IMG/VR virus record: IMGVR_UViG_3300028888_000057
Length of the DNA stretch: 64,000 nt
Origin: a virus
Taxonomy: Duplodnaviria; Caudoviricetes
Reading direction: 5' to 3' (one strand)
Shown: positions 38,518 to 48,317 of the stretch, piece by piece
Layout: every line of letters starts with the position of its first letter
Numbering within the stretch: the stretch's first letter is position 1
The notes under the pieces: generated by a model
The model's database searches: none
The model's input: only the letters and a program-made list of their open reading frames with translations
Told to the model about the DNA's origin: nothing
Position numbers and translations under genes: made by a program

Positions 38518-41276
38518 TTACCTCTTGTAGTAAGCGGTGCTGTACGCGCCTTCATCGTTACGCTTAGCGTCCCAAATATGTTCAACACAGGTCGTTACTC
38601 TGTGCCCGCCTTTCGGCAGCTCTGCATCGCTGCAGAAGTTCTGACTATATCACGAACTCTTACGAGTCCCTCTTCATTTCGGATCACTTGATCCTACTCT
38701 ACTCGCTCGATCTCTCGGCTTTCGATAGTCGATAGGCATTTATTCACACACACGTTCAAAATAATGACCATTACACGGTTTGTTGTGTTTGATTGACCAA
38801 AAAATTGCTTCAGACGTTCTGTTGATAGAACGTCCTGCTTCTGCGCCGCTTCGGAAAACTTCGCCAGTTGTTAAATCTTTCACTGGAACATGAATTGAAT
38901 TCTTGTTGCCTTTTCTTGCAGCAGAAAAATTCTTCTTCTGCTCTTCGGACATCGGACCAGTTTTAAGCCCTTTATTCCACGGCGCATTGCCTCGGAAATG
39001 TGATTCAGCCAGTTTCTTCTTCTTTTCCTCTGAGAAGTTAAGACGTGCTTGGCTAATCTTCTGTCTTGTTTCTAGTGGCAATGTTCCACGATTTGGTTCT
39101 TCCAGCAGAATATTGTATCCATGTTCCTGTATGTTCGATTGATACTGCTCTATGTAGTATTTCTCTAATCTTACGCTTTCTTCGTAAGATAAGTCTTGAG
39201 CAAGTATTTCAAGTTCAAAGTTTTCCCATCCGTATTTACAGATAGCATTCCAGAATTTTGGACAGGTTTTATACCCGCTTCCATCTTTCTGAGCTCTTGC
39301 GCTAACCTTGCGCATTGTTCGGCCAATGTAAACTTTTGAATTAATCTTGTTAGTGTACTTATATACAATATTGTTGTTAGCTAATAAACTTTTTTCGTAT
39401 ACATGCACTGTTTAATCACTCCTCATATAATCGCTTTTTTGTGTGTGTGAAATTTAGCACGGGATTGTCTTCTTCTCTCCATTACGTCAATTTTCGAATG
39501 GCTTCAAAAATTTGAACCAATAGTATATGACAAAAGATAAGATAGAAGAGTTTCCCCGTTTAGAAGAGTTATTCAATGCAGCTTACGCTGCAAGGCCCCA
39601 GAGTTTATTTAGGGCTTGGAGTTCAAAGCTGAAGGTCGCAGCGCTCTTATAGCTCGTGTCCATACCAGGAATCTGAGTGATTCTAGCGCGGAACACCTTA
39701 ACGATGTAGTAGCCAGCAATAGCGCTCTCGGAGCAGTCGTCACCAGAGCCGTAAACCGGCCAGATTGCACTGCACTCGCCGATAGCGGATTCCTTATTGG
39801 TAACGATAGCTTCCTGCACTTCCTTCGTGTAATTGTACACGACATCCACGAAGTCGATATCATCGTCAGCAGAGAAGGTAATCTCCTTGCCATTGATCAG
39901 GTAATGACCCGCCGTCACAGTACCAGACTGAGTGGTGATGGGTTCCATACCAGCAATGTACACAGACCCTTCGATAGGAGTCTGCAGCAGGGTGATCTTG
40001 TGGTTAGCATCCGGCTCATGCCGCTCGCCAGTAGGCAGAGCATAGTTGGCATTCGCCGCATACTCGGTCTTGTTCGCCATAGCGAACAGGTCGGCATCAA
40101 ATTTGCCACACGTAAAATTCATCGTAAAAGTCGATGATCCGGGCAAAACAGCCACAGGGAACCATTGTGTTCAACGTAGGTCGTTACTCTACGTCCGTCT
40201 TTCGACAGCTGCATGTTGCCATGCAGATCAGACTATATTTATACCCAAGGATTATGCACATACTTGGGCCTATCTCTTTCGGGCCACTTGGCCCTACACC
40301 TTGGTGAGAGGTTAGTCGTTACACTTTACACAACACAATATTTAAATACTAATCCATCTGGATGCTTACGTGCTCCAGACACGTATCTCCAAATAGTCCT
40401 AGGCGTGACACCAAGTTCAGCGGCGCATTCTCTTACTGTTTTCCAAACTTGTCCCGTCTGAACACATGTGACACTATGAGGTTCTTTATTTGGTTTATAA
40501 TTGTCATCATCCACATACTTATAATGTTTGCCTTTACATTTATATCCATGATACAGACTTTCTTGCAAGCTAGCACTGTTGACATCGAGATCTTTTGCGC
40601 AGTAATTTGCACATTCCCACATTTCGCCCGTTTCAATACAAAGTACGGCTCTGGCGTTAGGGTTTTTACCACCTGACAACCCTGCGCCATCTCTACCACC
40701 AGACGTTATGTTGTATCCATATTGTCTTTCGTTGGACTTATACTTCGCAATTAATTCGATCTCAAGTGCATCAGCTTCTTCTCTGGATAAATTTGTTTTC
40801 ACAATTTCATGAACAATATTATCCCATCCGTATTTTCGAATTGCATTATAGAACATTTGTCCTTTGTATCTATGCCCTGTCGCGCCCCATCTTCTACGAG
40901 GATCGCCAGTACATTGACCGACATACTTTTTTCCATTTGCAACGACAGTATGAACATAAACAGTATACATATTAATCACTCCTTGTTATATCTGCTCAAC
41001 AATTGTGCTATTGTTGAGATTGTGTTGTGCTGTAGTTCGGGATTGTCCTCAAAGAGGAGTTCAACCGAATTAAGATAGACTCATTCATGCATTACTGCAT
41101 GAAGCCCCGTTTATTTCCAGGGACCACCCGGCGTTGATGTCCATAGTTTCAATGTTTGCGCTAACGGTCGCAGCGGTCAGTTCATCGAAGTAGAACGCAT
41201 GACCATCGCAGCGACGGAACACTACTTTCGGGACGTCAGCAACGTAACCCTTAAGAGCAGCATTATAAGTTGCCAT
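38518..41276 (-). CDS. Major tail tube protein, spliced from 3 exons (41276-41119, 40162-39611, 38572-38518; 254 aa)
   Basis: Exons of 158+552+55 = 765 nt join in frame: …INAGWSL|FPVAVLPG…FELQAL|DAKRNDEGAYSTAYYKR*; gene lies after head-tail genes and before chaperones. Confidence 0.85.
38573..39610 (-). mobile_element. Group I intron 2 in tail tube gene
   Basis: Exon ends GCCCU, which pairs with intron GGGGC (U·G at splice site); P7 elements UAUCGACUA and GAUAUAGUC; terminal G (…GAACAUAUUUG); removal restores frame. Confidence 0.85.
38740..39408 (-). CDS. Intron-encoded GIY-YIG homing endonuclease
   Basis: IVYKYTNKINSKVYIGRT…GYN; NUMOD-like ETRQKISQA, PWNKG, FRSGAEAGR. Confidence 0.9.
   Translation of the reverse strand: MHVYEKSLLANNNIVYKYTNKINSKVYIGRTMRKVSARAQKDGSGYKTCPKFWNAICKYGWENFELEILAQDLSYEESVRLEKYYIEQYQSNIQEHGYNILLEEPNRGTLPLETRQKISQARLNFSEEKKKKLAESHFRGNAPWNKGLKTGPMSEEQKKNFSAARKGNKNSIHVPVKDLTTGEVFRSGAEAGRSINRTSEAIFWSIKHNKPCNGHYFERVCE
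40163..41118 (-). mobile_element. Group I intron 1 in tail tube gene
   Basis: Exon ends CCCU, which pairs with intron GGGG; P7 elements UAACGACUA and AAUAUAGUC; 3' end …GUUGAACACAAUG; removal restores frame. Confidence 0.85.
40326..40979 (-). CDS. Intron-encoded GIY-YIG homing endonuclease
   Basis: YTVYVHT…KKYVGQC…RRW…GYNITSGG; two C-terminal NUMOD1-like repeats (VLCIETGE, VTCVQTGQ). Confidence 0.9.
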   Translation of the reverse strand: MINMYTVYVHTVVANGKKYVGQCTGDPRRRWGATGHRYKGQMFYNAIRKYGWDNIVHEIVKTNLSREEADALEIELIAKYKSNERQYGYNITSGGRDGAGLSGGKNPNARAVLCIETGEMWECANYCAKDLDVNSASLQESLYHGYKCKGKHYKYVDDDNYKPNKEPHSVTCVQTGQVWKTVRECAAELGVTPRTIWRYVSGARKHPDGLVFKYCVV

Positions 41277-41542
41277 TGCACATGACCTCTTTCATGATTT
41301 ATTTATATCTGACATCAATATTCTGTCCTCCCAGAAACTTCATATATCTGCCCGATATATCGTATAGAGGCCTTCAGATAACCTTTGAAGCTGTAACGTA
41401 GCTTCAGCCGCCCTAAGACAGAGAGACGGGCTGTGTAACCGTCTCTCCGCTTAAGGAGGAATTAACCATGTCGCAACGAGCAGCCTCCTGCCCGGAACTC
41501 GCTGCACTATGCGCCCAAAAAAATGCGCATATCCCCAAAGAA

Positions 41543-42007
41543 TTAATAGACCTTCATGTAATGGAAGGCTATTGTTTTGCGTTGATATCCTGTTACTCTT
41601 GTACCGCCATCCCAATCTCCGGCGATCCAGAAGCGATATCCCGTATCAGCAAGATATCTTTTGCTTGTTAATAACTTCTCAAGTTCTGCAACTATCAGAT
41701 CGATTCTTGTTATTAACCGATCGTCTCCTATGTTGCGCAACTCATCTTGCTTTACGTAAATGTCAAAGAGCATTAAATTCTTTTTGACGTTTGGTACATC
41801 TGTTTCATATCCCTGCATGTCCGAGTATGCGATCCGACATACTTCGTCTGTAAGCAATTTATTGCTATATCCGGCCCGAATAAAGTATCTGTCTACAAAC
41901 TGAATGATACCAGTTTTAGGAGGTAGTTTCATCAGGACTTTAAGGTCGTGATCTGGCCATATAACCTTTCGGATAATCGTATTCCATGCGTCGACCCATC
42001 CCATCAT
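41543..42007 (-). CDS. Putative tail terminator/completion protein
   Basis: 154 aa immediately upstream of tail tube; position-based. Confidence 0.55.
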   Translation of the reverse strand: MMGWVDAWNTIIRKVIWPDHDLKVLMKLPPKTGIIQFVDRYFIRAGYSNKLLTDEVCRIAYSDMQGYETDVPNVKKNLMLFDIYVKQDELRNIGDDRLITRIDLIVAELEKLLTSKRYLADTGYRFWIAGDWDGGTRVTGYQRKTIAFHYMKVY

Positions 42008-42528
42008 CAGTTACCACCTCCCAAATAGTTTTGTATTTCAGCTGCAACTAAAGGTTTTGCTGCTTCGCTTATCTCAGCTGAGCTGTTGCTTATTCCGATT
42101 CGAGTCGCATCTGGTGCAAGAAGCTCAACAATATGCACAGCTTCTTCTTCTCCGTCTAAATGTGGAAGTTCCAGCCACGGTAATTCAGTGCCCCAGAATT
42201 TCTGCGGAACAGAACTTGTATATGTAGAGCCATCTACGTTATGAGCCGTACCATTGTCACCACCAGCAACAGGGATATCATGATTTTTTAAATACTCAAT
42301 GATATAAGATTCTGATGGCTGCACAGAAAACTTAACCGAAGAACCTTCGCCTTCAACTGTGCATACCAGAGCAGACATGTCTTTTAAAAACTGAGCAGCC
42401 GCCTCAGGATTCATTTCTCCGGATAAGGCACCTGCTCGATCTTGAATTCCCTGATTGATTATGCTGACATCTATCTTCGGAGCAACAATTTCTCCGGCAG
42501 GTAAATTACTCATATCCATGTAGTCCAC
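42007..42528 (-). CDS. Putative neck/tail completion protein
   Basis: ~170 aa in head-tail module; start could be a slightly later ATG. Confidence 0.55.
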   Translation of the reverse strand: MDYMDMSNLPAGEIVAPKIDVSIINQGIQDRAGALSGEMNPEAAAQFLKDMSALVCTVEGEGSSVKFSVQPSESYIIEYLKNHDIPVAGGDNGTAHNVDGSTYTSSVPQKFWGTELPWLELPHLDGEEEAVHIVELLAPDATRIGISNSSAEISEAAKPLVAAEIQNYLGGGN

Positions 42529-43282
42529 CTGCCGCTCTTTTTGCCTGAAACTTCAGTACACCATAAGACTTGGTAATATCTACACCTACACCATCAATAT
42601 CAACAATTTCATGAGTGTTTCCGCCCCAGTCAAACTTATCACCAATCTTTACTAATTTTGTATATTCATTATATTGTACAGTTAAAATGGTTAATGCTCC
42701 TGCGATTGTACCGGGAGTACCAGATACCGCAACATATTCCGGCCGCCCATCATAACGGAAAGCGTTTGCCGGAATAGACGGTGTTATTATTTGCATGCCA
42801 TCCGTAGAATTAACAGTATACTTTTCGCCACTAATAACATAACCCAAATCGTCAATTGCATACCCTTCGTCATCAACAAGAGGATGCTCATATCGTTTAA
42901 CTTCCAGAAAGAAATTACAGCGCACCATACGAGAAGGAGCATTGTTGGATTGTAAATGAACAGCCCAGTCTAAAATGTAGATCGAGCCATCAGGTTCAAC
43001 AACCATATCACCCTGTCTGATTCCACTTGTTACAGAAGCTCGAAGGTTCATGTTATTGTCTGTGTTTTCATATCTGGACTTTGTAGCATCGGGATATACT
43101 TCACCACGGATATATTGAGGCTCATAATCCTCTTTTTCTTTGTCGTACCAGTTCTTAATCAATTCCAAATCCATTACGGTATTTGGAATGTCCTGATTTA
43201 AGAAAGCATCAAAGTCTGCGGCCAATGTCCGAGGTACAAAGAACCGCTTCGACGTACCTGTTGGTACATATGGAATAGACAT
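42506..43282 (-). CDS. Putative head closure protein
   Basis: 258 aa, RBS AAGGAG; IRQGDMV…RCN…KIGDKF pattern; position. Confidence 0.6.
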   Translation of the reverse strand: MSIPYVPTGTSKRFFVPRTLAADFDAFLNQDIPNTVMDLELIKNWYDKEKEDYEPQYIRGEVYPDATKSRYENTDNNMNLRASVTSGIRQGDMVVEPDGSIYILDWAVHLQSNNAPSRMVRCNFFLEVKRYEHPLVDDEGYAIDDLGYVISGEKYTVNSTDGMQIITPSIPANAFRYDGRPEYVAVSGTPGTIAGALTILTVQYNEYTKLVKIGDKFDWGGNTHEIVDIDGVGVDITKSYGVLKFQAKRAAGGLHGYE

Positions 43283-43296
43283 TGGCCGTCACTCCT

Positions 43297-43626
43297 TTAC
43301 TTCATTGTCTGATTGATAAATTCTGAAATGGAAACCTGATCAGCACGAATACCATTATGCGACAGGTTCTGAGGTAACCGCTTAATTGCGTTTGCCTGAT
43401 CCAGCATCTTGTGTCGAATCTTCTTAAACCGTTCTTTGATTTCCGGATCCCAGTCTTCTTTCTGTTTGTTTCCGGAAAATACATAGAAAGCATCTTCGAT
43501 TTCCATAATAAGACGCATTAATTCAAGATTGAGCATCTCAGTATAGGAAACGAAATCATATTCTTTCTCAACAACGGTCTCAAGGTCTTTGTTTTTATAT
43601 TCAATTTTCACAGTCCACTCACTCAT
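43297..43626 (-). CDS. Hypothetical protein (head-tail module)
   Basis: Likely start MSEWTV at 43626 after GAGG. Confidence 0.6.
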   Translation of the reverse strand: MSEWTVKIEYKNKDLETVVEKEYDFVSYTEMLNLELMRLIMEIEDAFYVFSGNKQKEDWDPEIKERFKKIRHKMLDQANAIKRLPQNLSHNGIRADQVSISEFINQTMK

Positions 43627-43642
43627 TTTGCCCTCAAATCCT

Positions 43643-44083
43643 TTACGATGCGCCAAGAGTGTACCGAACCATCTTGTAGTAAATGATTCGACGCTCATTG
43701 TCGATTGTGTTGATTGTATCCTTCAGATTTACATATGGTTTATCTGCATTCGTTACCGTAATAGCATCCGTAGAATAACCAAATCGGTTATTCACATCGC
43801 TTTGAACTTTAGAAAAGAAATTAATTTTTGAACAAAGTTCAATATACTTTCTTTCATCCAACGGGAAAATTGCATCATAACCAAAGTATTGTTCTTCAGG
43901 ATCATCTCCGACAAGAACATATTTGTTCTCATCATATTGTTCTGAGCGGCCAGTATCAACAAAGAGCCTTTCGATCCCACCGATAACCATATTGATATAG
44001 TTACTGTCTGTTAATGGATATGGAGTTTCTTGCCACTCCGTCTCTTCTTTTAGCCAATCGGCTAATTTGGTAATGTTCAACAT
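43643..44083 (-). CDS. Putative head-tail adaptor
   Basis: Likely start MLNITK at 44083; position after capsid genes. Confidence 0.55.
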   Translation of the reverse strand: MLNITKLADWLKEETEWQETPYPLTDSNYINMVIGGIERLFVDTGRSEQYDENKYVLVGDDPEEQYFGYDAIFPLDERKYIELCSKINFFSKVQSDVNNRFGYSTDAITVTNADKPYVNLKDTINTIDNERRIIYYKMVRYTLGAS

Positions 44084-44103
44084 ACTGGCAGCCCCCAATT
44101 TAT

Positions 44104-44553
44104 TTATTCGCTAAACACATCAGCTTCGGGAAGTTTTGCCATGATAACCTTCATCTTGCTCGTAGGAAGATCCATTCCTTTCGCTACGTCAAGAATAGAA
44201 TTAAGTTCGATTACATCTTCAATCTTCTCTAACCAAGCTTCGATCTGCTTAGCTGACTTTTTCAAATTTGCGCTGATTTCTTCTTTACTGAAATGTTTTT
44301 CAGAATACGTATCTGTATACCCGCCAAGATCTTCCAGCGTCAGATCCTTGCCGTCATCGCTTACTACAACCAGTTCCTTGGAAGAAAATGGTTTCTTCTT
44401 TCCGCGAGCGATTGTCTCCAGATACAGAATGTCATTAACCGACATAGGTAAGAAACTACCTGCCCGAATAATTGGCTGAATACCGCTTGTCAGCGTTACG
44501 CCAATGTCATAACCGCAACGGTTATAGACGCGAAATACTTTTGATCCATCCAT
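44104..44553 (-). CDS. Hypothetical protein following major capsid
   Basis: Start MDGSKVF with RBS AAGGA. Confidence 0.65.
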   Translation of the reverse strand: MDGSKVFRVYNRCGYDIGVTLTSGIQPIIRAGSFLPMSVNDILYLETIARGKKKPFSSKELVVVSDDGKDLTLEDLGGYTDTYSEKHFSKEEISANLKKSAKQIEAWLEKIEDVIELNSILDVAKGMDLPTSKMKVIMAKLPEADVFSE

Positions 44554-44580
44554 ATTTTCCTTCAATCCTTTCAAAAATTA

Positions 44581-44619
44581 AAAAGCGGGGAGAGGCCGAA
44601 ACCTCTCCCCTTTATTTTT
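44581..44619 (-). terminator. Terminator after major capsid gene
   Basis: GGGGAGAGG/CCTCTCCCC stem flanked by A/T tracts. Confidence 0.7.
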
Positions 44620-44648
44620 CACCTGTTTTCAAGTTAGATATGTCTAAC

Positions 44649-45653
44649 TTACGCAATCTCATGCGCACCGGCCGTAGGATTCTTGCCAACAACGAAAGCC
44701 GCGCCGAACCAAGTGTACAGCAGCACTTCAGTGACACGATCGTCGATGTTCTGAGAAGCCATAGAGTTGATACCGCCTTCGTTGACGATCTTCAGGTTCC
44801 GCATTTCTGCAGACTGTCCACCGGGAACAATATAGATCCAGTCAGGATTCAGCACAGGGGTCACGCCATCGGACTTGTAAGCATTGTTCATGCCTACAAC
44901 ATCAGCGCCCTTCCACTTGCCGATGAAGCCATTGCCGTTATGCTCATCAATCATGGAGCCAGAGTATGCCCAGGTGGGCGTAGCGTTGATCTTCATACCA
45001 GCAGAGGTATCCAGCTGACCCACGGCCGCGATATCACCAAGCAGAGTCACCGGACCCAGCCGACGGAAGTGCAACACCTGAGCCTCCAGCAAAGCGGGAT
45101 TGAAACCACCGGTGCTCTTGGCATACCAAGGAGTCGCATTCACATTCTGGAAGCCAGCCTGCAGAACGTTCTCCACGATCTCCAGCTTCTTCTCCAGAAT
45201 CTTAGCATTCGCTTCACGAATCAGGTCAGCCATATTGAAGCGGCCAGCCTTCAGATCAACAATGTTGATAGCAGGACGAGCGGAGATTTCCTTCGTCCCG
45301 ACCAGCAGCTGATGATCCGTGATGTAGCTACGGGCAGTGGTAGCACCCTTCGCCTGTACATAGGCATGGATGCCGTCAGTGCGAACCTTAAAGGCCGCCT
45401 TCTCGCCGTAGTTGATGGTCTTTTCGTCGGCAATCGCGCCGAGGAAATCCAGAGCCTTATTCTGCAGCTCTTCAACCGTAAACGCAACGATCTGACCGAT
45501 CTGATGGCAAGTCTGAGGATTCAGATCTTCCAGCAGTTCAGAGATCAGGCTGTTCGCCTTTTCGATCTGATCGGAGTCGATGCGTTCATCCTGATTCTGA
45601 GCGGCCAGAACCTTGATCAGCTTCGTGCCGCGTTCAATTTTAATATCAGTCAT
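44649..45653 (-). CDS. Major capsid protein
   Basis: 334 aa, RBS GGAGGTG, strongly biased codons, follows protease and decoration genes, terminator downstream. Confidence 0.8.
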   Translation of the reverse strand: MTDIKIERGTKLIKVLAAQNQDERIDSDQIEKANSLISELLEDLNPQTCHQIGQIVAFTVEELQNKALDFLGAIADEKTINYGEKAAFKVRTDGIHAYVQAKGATTARSYITDHQLLVGTKEISARPAINIVDLKAGRFNMADLIREANAKILEKKLEIVENVLQAGFQNVNATPWYAKSTGGFNPALLEAQVLHFRRLGPVTLLGDIAAVGQLDTSAGMKINATPTWAYSGSMIDEHNGNGFIGKWKGADVVGMNNAYKSDGVTPVLNPDWIYIVPGGQSAEMRNLKIVNEGGINSMASQNIDDRVTEVLLYTWFGAAFVVGKNPTAGAHEIA

Positions 45654-45669
45654 GTCCGTTCACCTCCGA

Positions 45670-46089
45670 TTAACCGATAGCGCCGGTAGCCAGAACGCCG
45701 TAGGCAGTACCCACAACGTACGCATTCGCAGCGCCACTCACAATAAACTCTTCGCCAACCAGAAGGGGATGAGCACGAAGCAGATCGCCCTTCTTCGTGA
45801 CGTATTCACGATTGTCATATTCTCCGCCATCATTGAAGTCGTCCATACCATTCTCAACAAAATAGTACCGCTTGTTCAGCTTGTCGACGACAAAACGATA
45901 GCCCAGTTCACCGTAGATATCGGTGATTTCCTTGCAGACAAACTTGGTAGTAGTATCAGCAGCAGGCAGCACCAGAGCGTCACCATCCTGCACCATGATA
46001 GTACCGTTGGCAACGGGATCAGCCGCGCCGTTTACCAGTTCGCCTTCATACACATAGCCCTGAAGCTTTGTCATGTATCCAGATGCCAT
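45670..46089 (-). CDS. Head decoration/capsid-associated protein
   Basis: 139 aa, highly-expressed codon bias, directly upstream of the major capsid gene. Confidence 0.6.
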   Translation of the reverse strand: MASGYMTKLQGYVYEGELVNGAADPVANGTIMVQDGDALVLPAADTTTKFVCKEITDIYGELGYRFVVDKLNKRYYFVENGMDDFNDGGEYDNREYVTKKGDLLRAHPLLVGEEFIVSGAANAYVVGTAYGVLATGAIG

Positions 46090-46122
46090 AGTAAACCATT
46101 TCCTTTCTATGAAAATTACGCC

Positions 46123-46572
46123 CTATCTTTTCTTATAGGTACGTTTTTCTTGGAACAGGGCTTTTTCTAAAGGCCATTTTCTGTGATAATATCTTCTCTC
46201 AAACTCTTTTACCGATACAACACAAAATCGTTCTATTGCTTCGCACAACAACATTGTTTCACCATTGATCACAACCTGTTTGTTGCTGCTTCTGTTTCGG
46301 CTGTTTTCTTTTCGAGAAACAAATCGACAATTTTCTGGAAAGTAACCCTTTTCATTATCGATTCTATCGATCTCCAGTCCTTGTTTCCAACCATGTTCCA
46401 ATGCCCATGAAATAAATGCTTCTGCATTATCCATAGACCATTCATTACATACGGTAATTCCTTTGCCGCCATAGTCTTTATATTGTGGATGATTCTCGTT
46501 CTCACAACGATAATGCATACAATGTAACACGTTAAATAAAGGCTTATAAGAAAGCCCATGAACAAAATACAT
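46123..46572 (-). CDS. Free-standing HNH-family homing endonuclease
   Basis: RC…YKDYGGKGITVCNEW…LEIDRIDNEKGYFPENCRFV…NSRN signature. Confidence 0.85.
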   Translation of the reverse strand: MYFVHGLSYKPLFNVLHCMHYRCENENHPQYKDYGGKGITVCNEWSMDNAEAFISWALEHGWKQGLEIDRIDNEKGYFPENCRFVSRKENSRNRSSNKQVVINGETMLLCEAIERFCVVSVKEFERRYYHRKWPLEKALFQEKRTYKKR

Positions 46573-46602
46573 AGCATTTATCTCCTAGGTTAGATTTTCT
46601 GC

Positions 46603-47958
46603 TTATCGACTAAGCAGATCCCGTCCGTTTTTCTTCTCTGCGGGCTGAAGCAGATCATAGTAATCAGCCTTAGCCGTCATAGAATCAACAAACGGGTTAA
46701 TCGCTTCTGCCGAAACATTCAGCTTTTCAACAGAAGCAACAACGCGCTGTTCCTTCAGACTCTTTACCTCTTCCGCCAGAGCCTTAATAGTCTCTGTCAG
46801 TTCAGCAATCATCTGTTCAGCGGTCTTCTTCTTCTCGTTATCGTTTTCGACACGAGGCACGGTTTCGTCAGAGGCGTCTCCTTCGGAGTCATCGGAGCCT
46901 TCCGCAGGTTCAGGATCTCCGTTTCCCGTTTCTCCGGGATTGTCTGTGGAAGTATCCGCAGAATCACCATCAGCTTCAGCGACGCGCAGTCCTTCTTCGG
47001 TCTCGACAAGAGTACCTTCAATTTGGTCACTTACGCCTTCTGTCACTTCCACACGCTGGAAAGCAGACTTTCCAGTCTCGCTATCGTAAGCGTGAGTCGT
47101 TTCTACTACAGTGGTGGTGTTCTCTACGTATACAGCCGCAGTTTCCGTTTCTTCAGCTTTTTCTTCCTTTTTTTTGCAGGAAGCGTCTTCTTCAGCTTCG
47201 ACTTCTGTTTCGGCTTCTTTTTCAGCCGTCTCGATCTCCGTCTCGGCTACCGCTTCGGGCTGAGTTTCTTTAACCTGTTCGGTCTCAGAAATCTGAGTAG
47301 TGGCTTCAGTTTCTTCAGCTAAAGCCTGCTCGGTTTCGAGCTTTTCAACATCCGCCATTTCTGTCTCACCCCTTTCGGTGTCATCTGCATTGCTCTCCGC
47401 TACAAACTCAAGAGCTACAGCGTCCTCGCAAGCAGGGAAGGTAACAATGGCAGTTCCTTCCAGATAGTTGTTCTCCGACGCATCAATTACGAGCGTTCCA
47501 TCTTCTTCTTCCGAATAATCGGAACATGCAATTTCAAAAGAGAATTTCAGTGCGCCTTCAGCAAAGAGTTCTGCAATGGCTTTACTTAACTTGACATTTC
47601 GCTTCGGAATTCGAGCGTAGCCTACAAGATAAGCACCACCATCAAATTCTTCTTTTTCGAACTGATAGAAAGATCCAATTTGCGTCGAATAAAATTCTCC
47701 GGTCTTTGCATTGTACATATGGCCGAGATTGGAGTATTTCCCGCTAGTAAGAGACTTAATGTCCGCATACAGCGGCAGTCCAACATACCGTTCTTCATCA
47801 GCGATAATCTCGTCGATAAAAGCTTCAGTAACCTTAACGCCGTTAAGATTCGCTTTAGGCGTTTCGAGTATTCTCATCTTTACAGACATGAATACGTCGG
47901 ACTGTTTCATTTCGGAGATGACAGAAGCAAAGCTGATAAATTTGGCCTTACTATTCAT
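46603..47958 (-). CDS. Prohead protease with acidic scaffold extension
   Basis: Start MNSKAK (RBS AAGGAG); NLNG…LGH…KFSFEI…AIVTFPA protease-like N-half, E/D/T-rich C-half. Confidence 0.75.
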   Translation of the reverse strand: MNSKAKFISFASVISEMKQSDVFMSVKMRILETPKANLNGVKVTEAFIDEIIADEERYVGLPLYADIKSLTSGKYSNLGHMYNAKTGEFYSTQIGSFYQFEKEEFDGGAYLVGYARIPKRNVKLSKAIAELFAEGALKFSFEIACSDYSEEEDGTLVIDASENNYLEGTAIVTFPACEDAVALEFVAESNADDTERGETEMADVEKLETEQALAEETEATTQISETEQVKETQPEAVAETEIETAEKEAETEVEAEEDASCKKKEEKAEETETAAVYVENTTTVVETTHAYDSETGKSAFQRVEVTEGVSDQIEGTLVETEEGLRVAEADGDSADTSTDNPGETGNGDPEPAEGSDDSEGDASDETVPRVENDNEKKKTAEQMIAELTETIKALAEEVKSLKEQRVVASVEKLNVSAEAINPFVDSMTAKADYYDLLQPAEKKNGRDLLSR

Positions 47959-48101
47959 TGTTTGTCTCCTTTTTGCTTTCAATTGTCAATGCTGGGAGTC
48001 AAGGCCAATTGAAGCGAATCTTTATATCAACAACCTTACGGTTGGAGATATTGAAAGTCCCGCCGGGTTGCGCATGAAACAGAGGCGTGGCGGGTTCTGT
48101 C

Positions 48102-48177
48102 TGGCTGCCCCTGTGGGGTTTGAACCCACGGCCTTCGGATTAACAGTCCGCTGCTCATCCAGCCGAGCTCAAGGGCA
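48102..48177 (-). tRNA. tRNA-Asn(GTT)
   Basis: Cloverleaf TGCCCTT/AGGGGCA, D stem GCTC/GAGC, anticodon loop CTGTTAA, T arm GTGGG-TTCAAAC-CCCAC, encoded CCA. Confidence 0.85.
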
Positions 48178-48317
48178 ACAAGAAACACCGGGGCCGAAGC
48201 CCCGGCTCTTGCTATCCGCGTTTAGAGTAGCGGCAACTCAGGTTTTCTGATAAACCATCTAACACACTTAAAGACATAGACTTATTTATAAAGGACGCTC
48301 TGCGCTACACGTCCATA

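Noticed and set aside
39583-41276. ORF-track 190-aa and 63-aa ORFs as separate genes
   Set aside because: They are exons 2 and 1 of the intron-split tail tube gene reading into intron sequence
44472-45680. 402-aa plus-strand ORF
   Set aside because: Antisense shadow of the codon-biased major capsid gene; no RBS and no protein-like motifs
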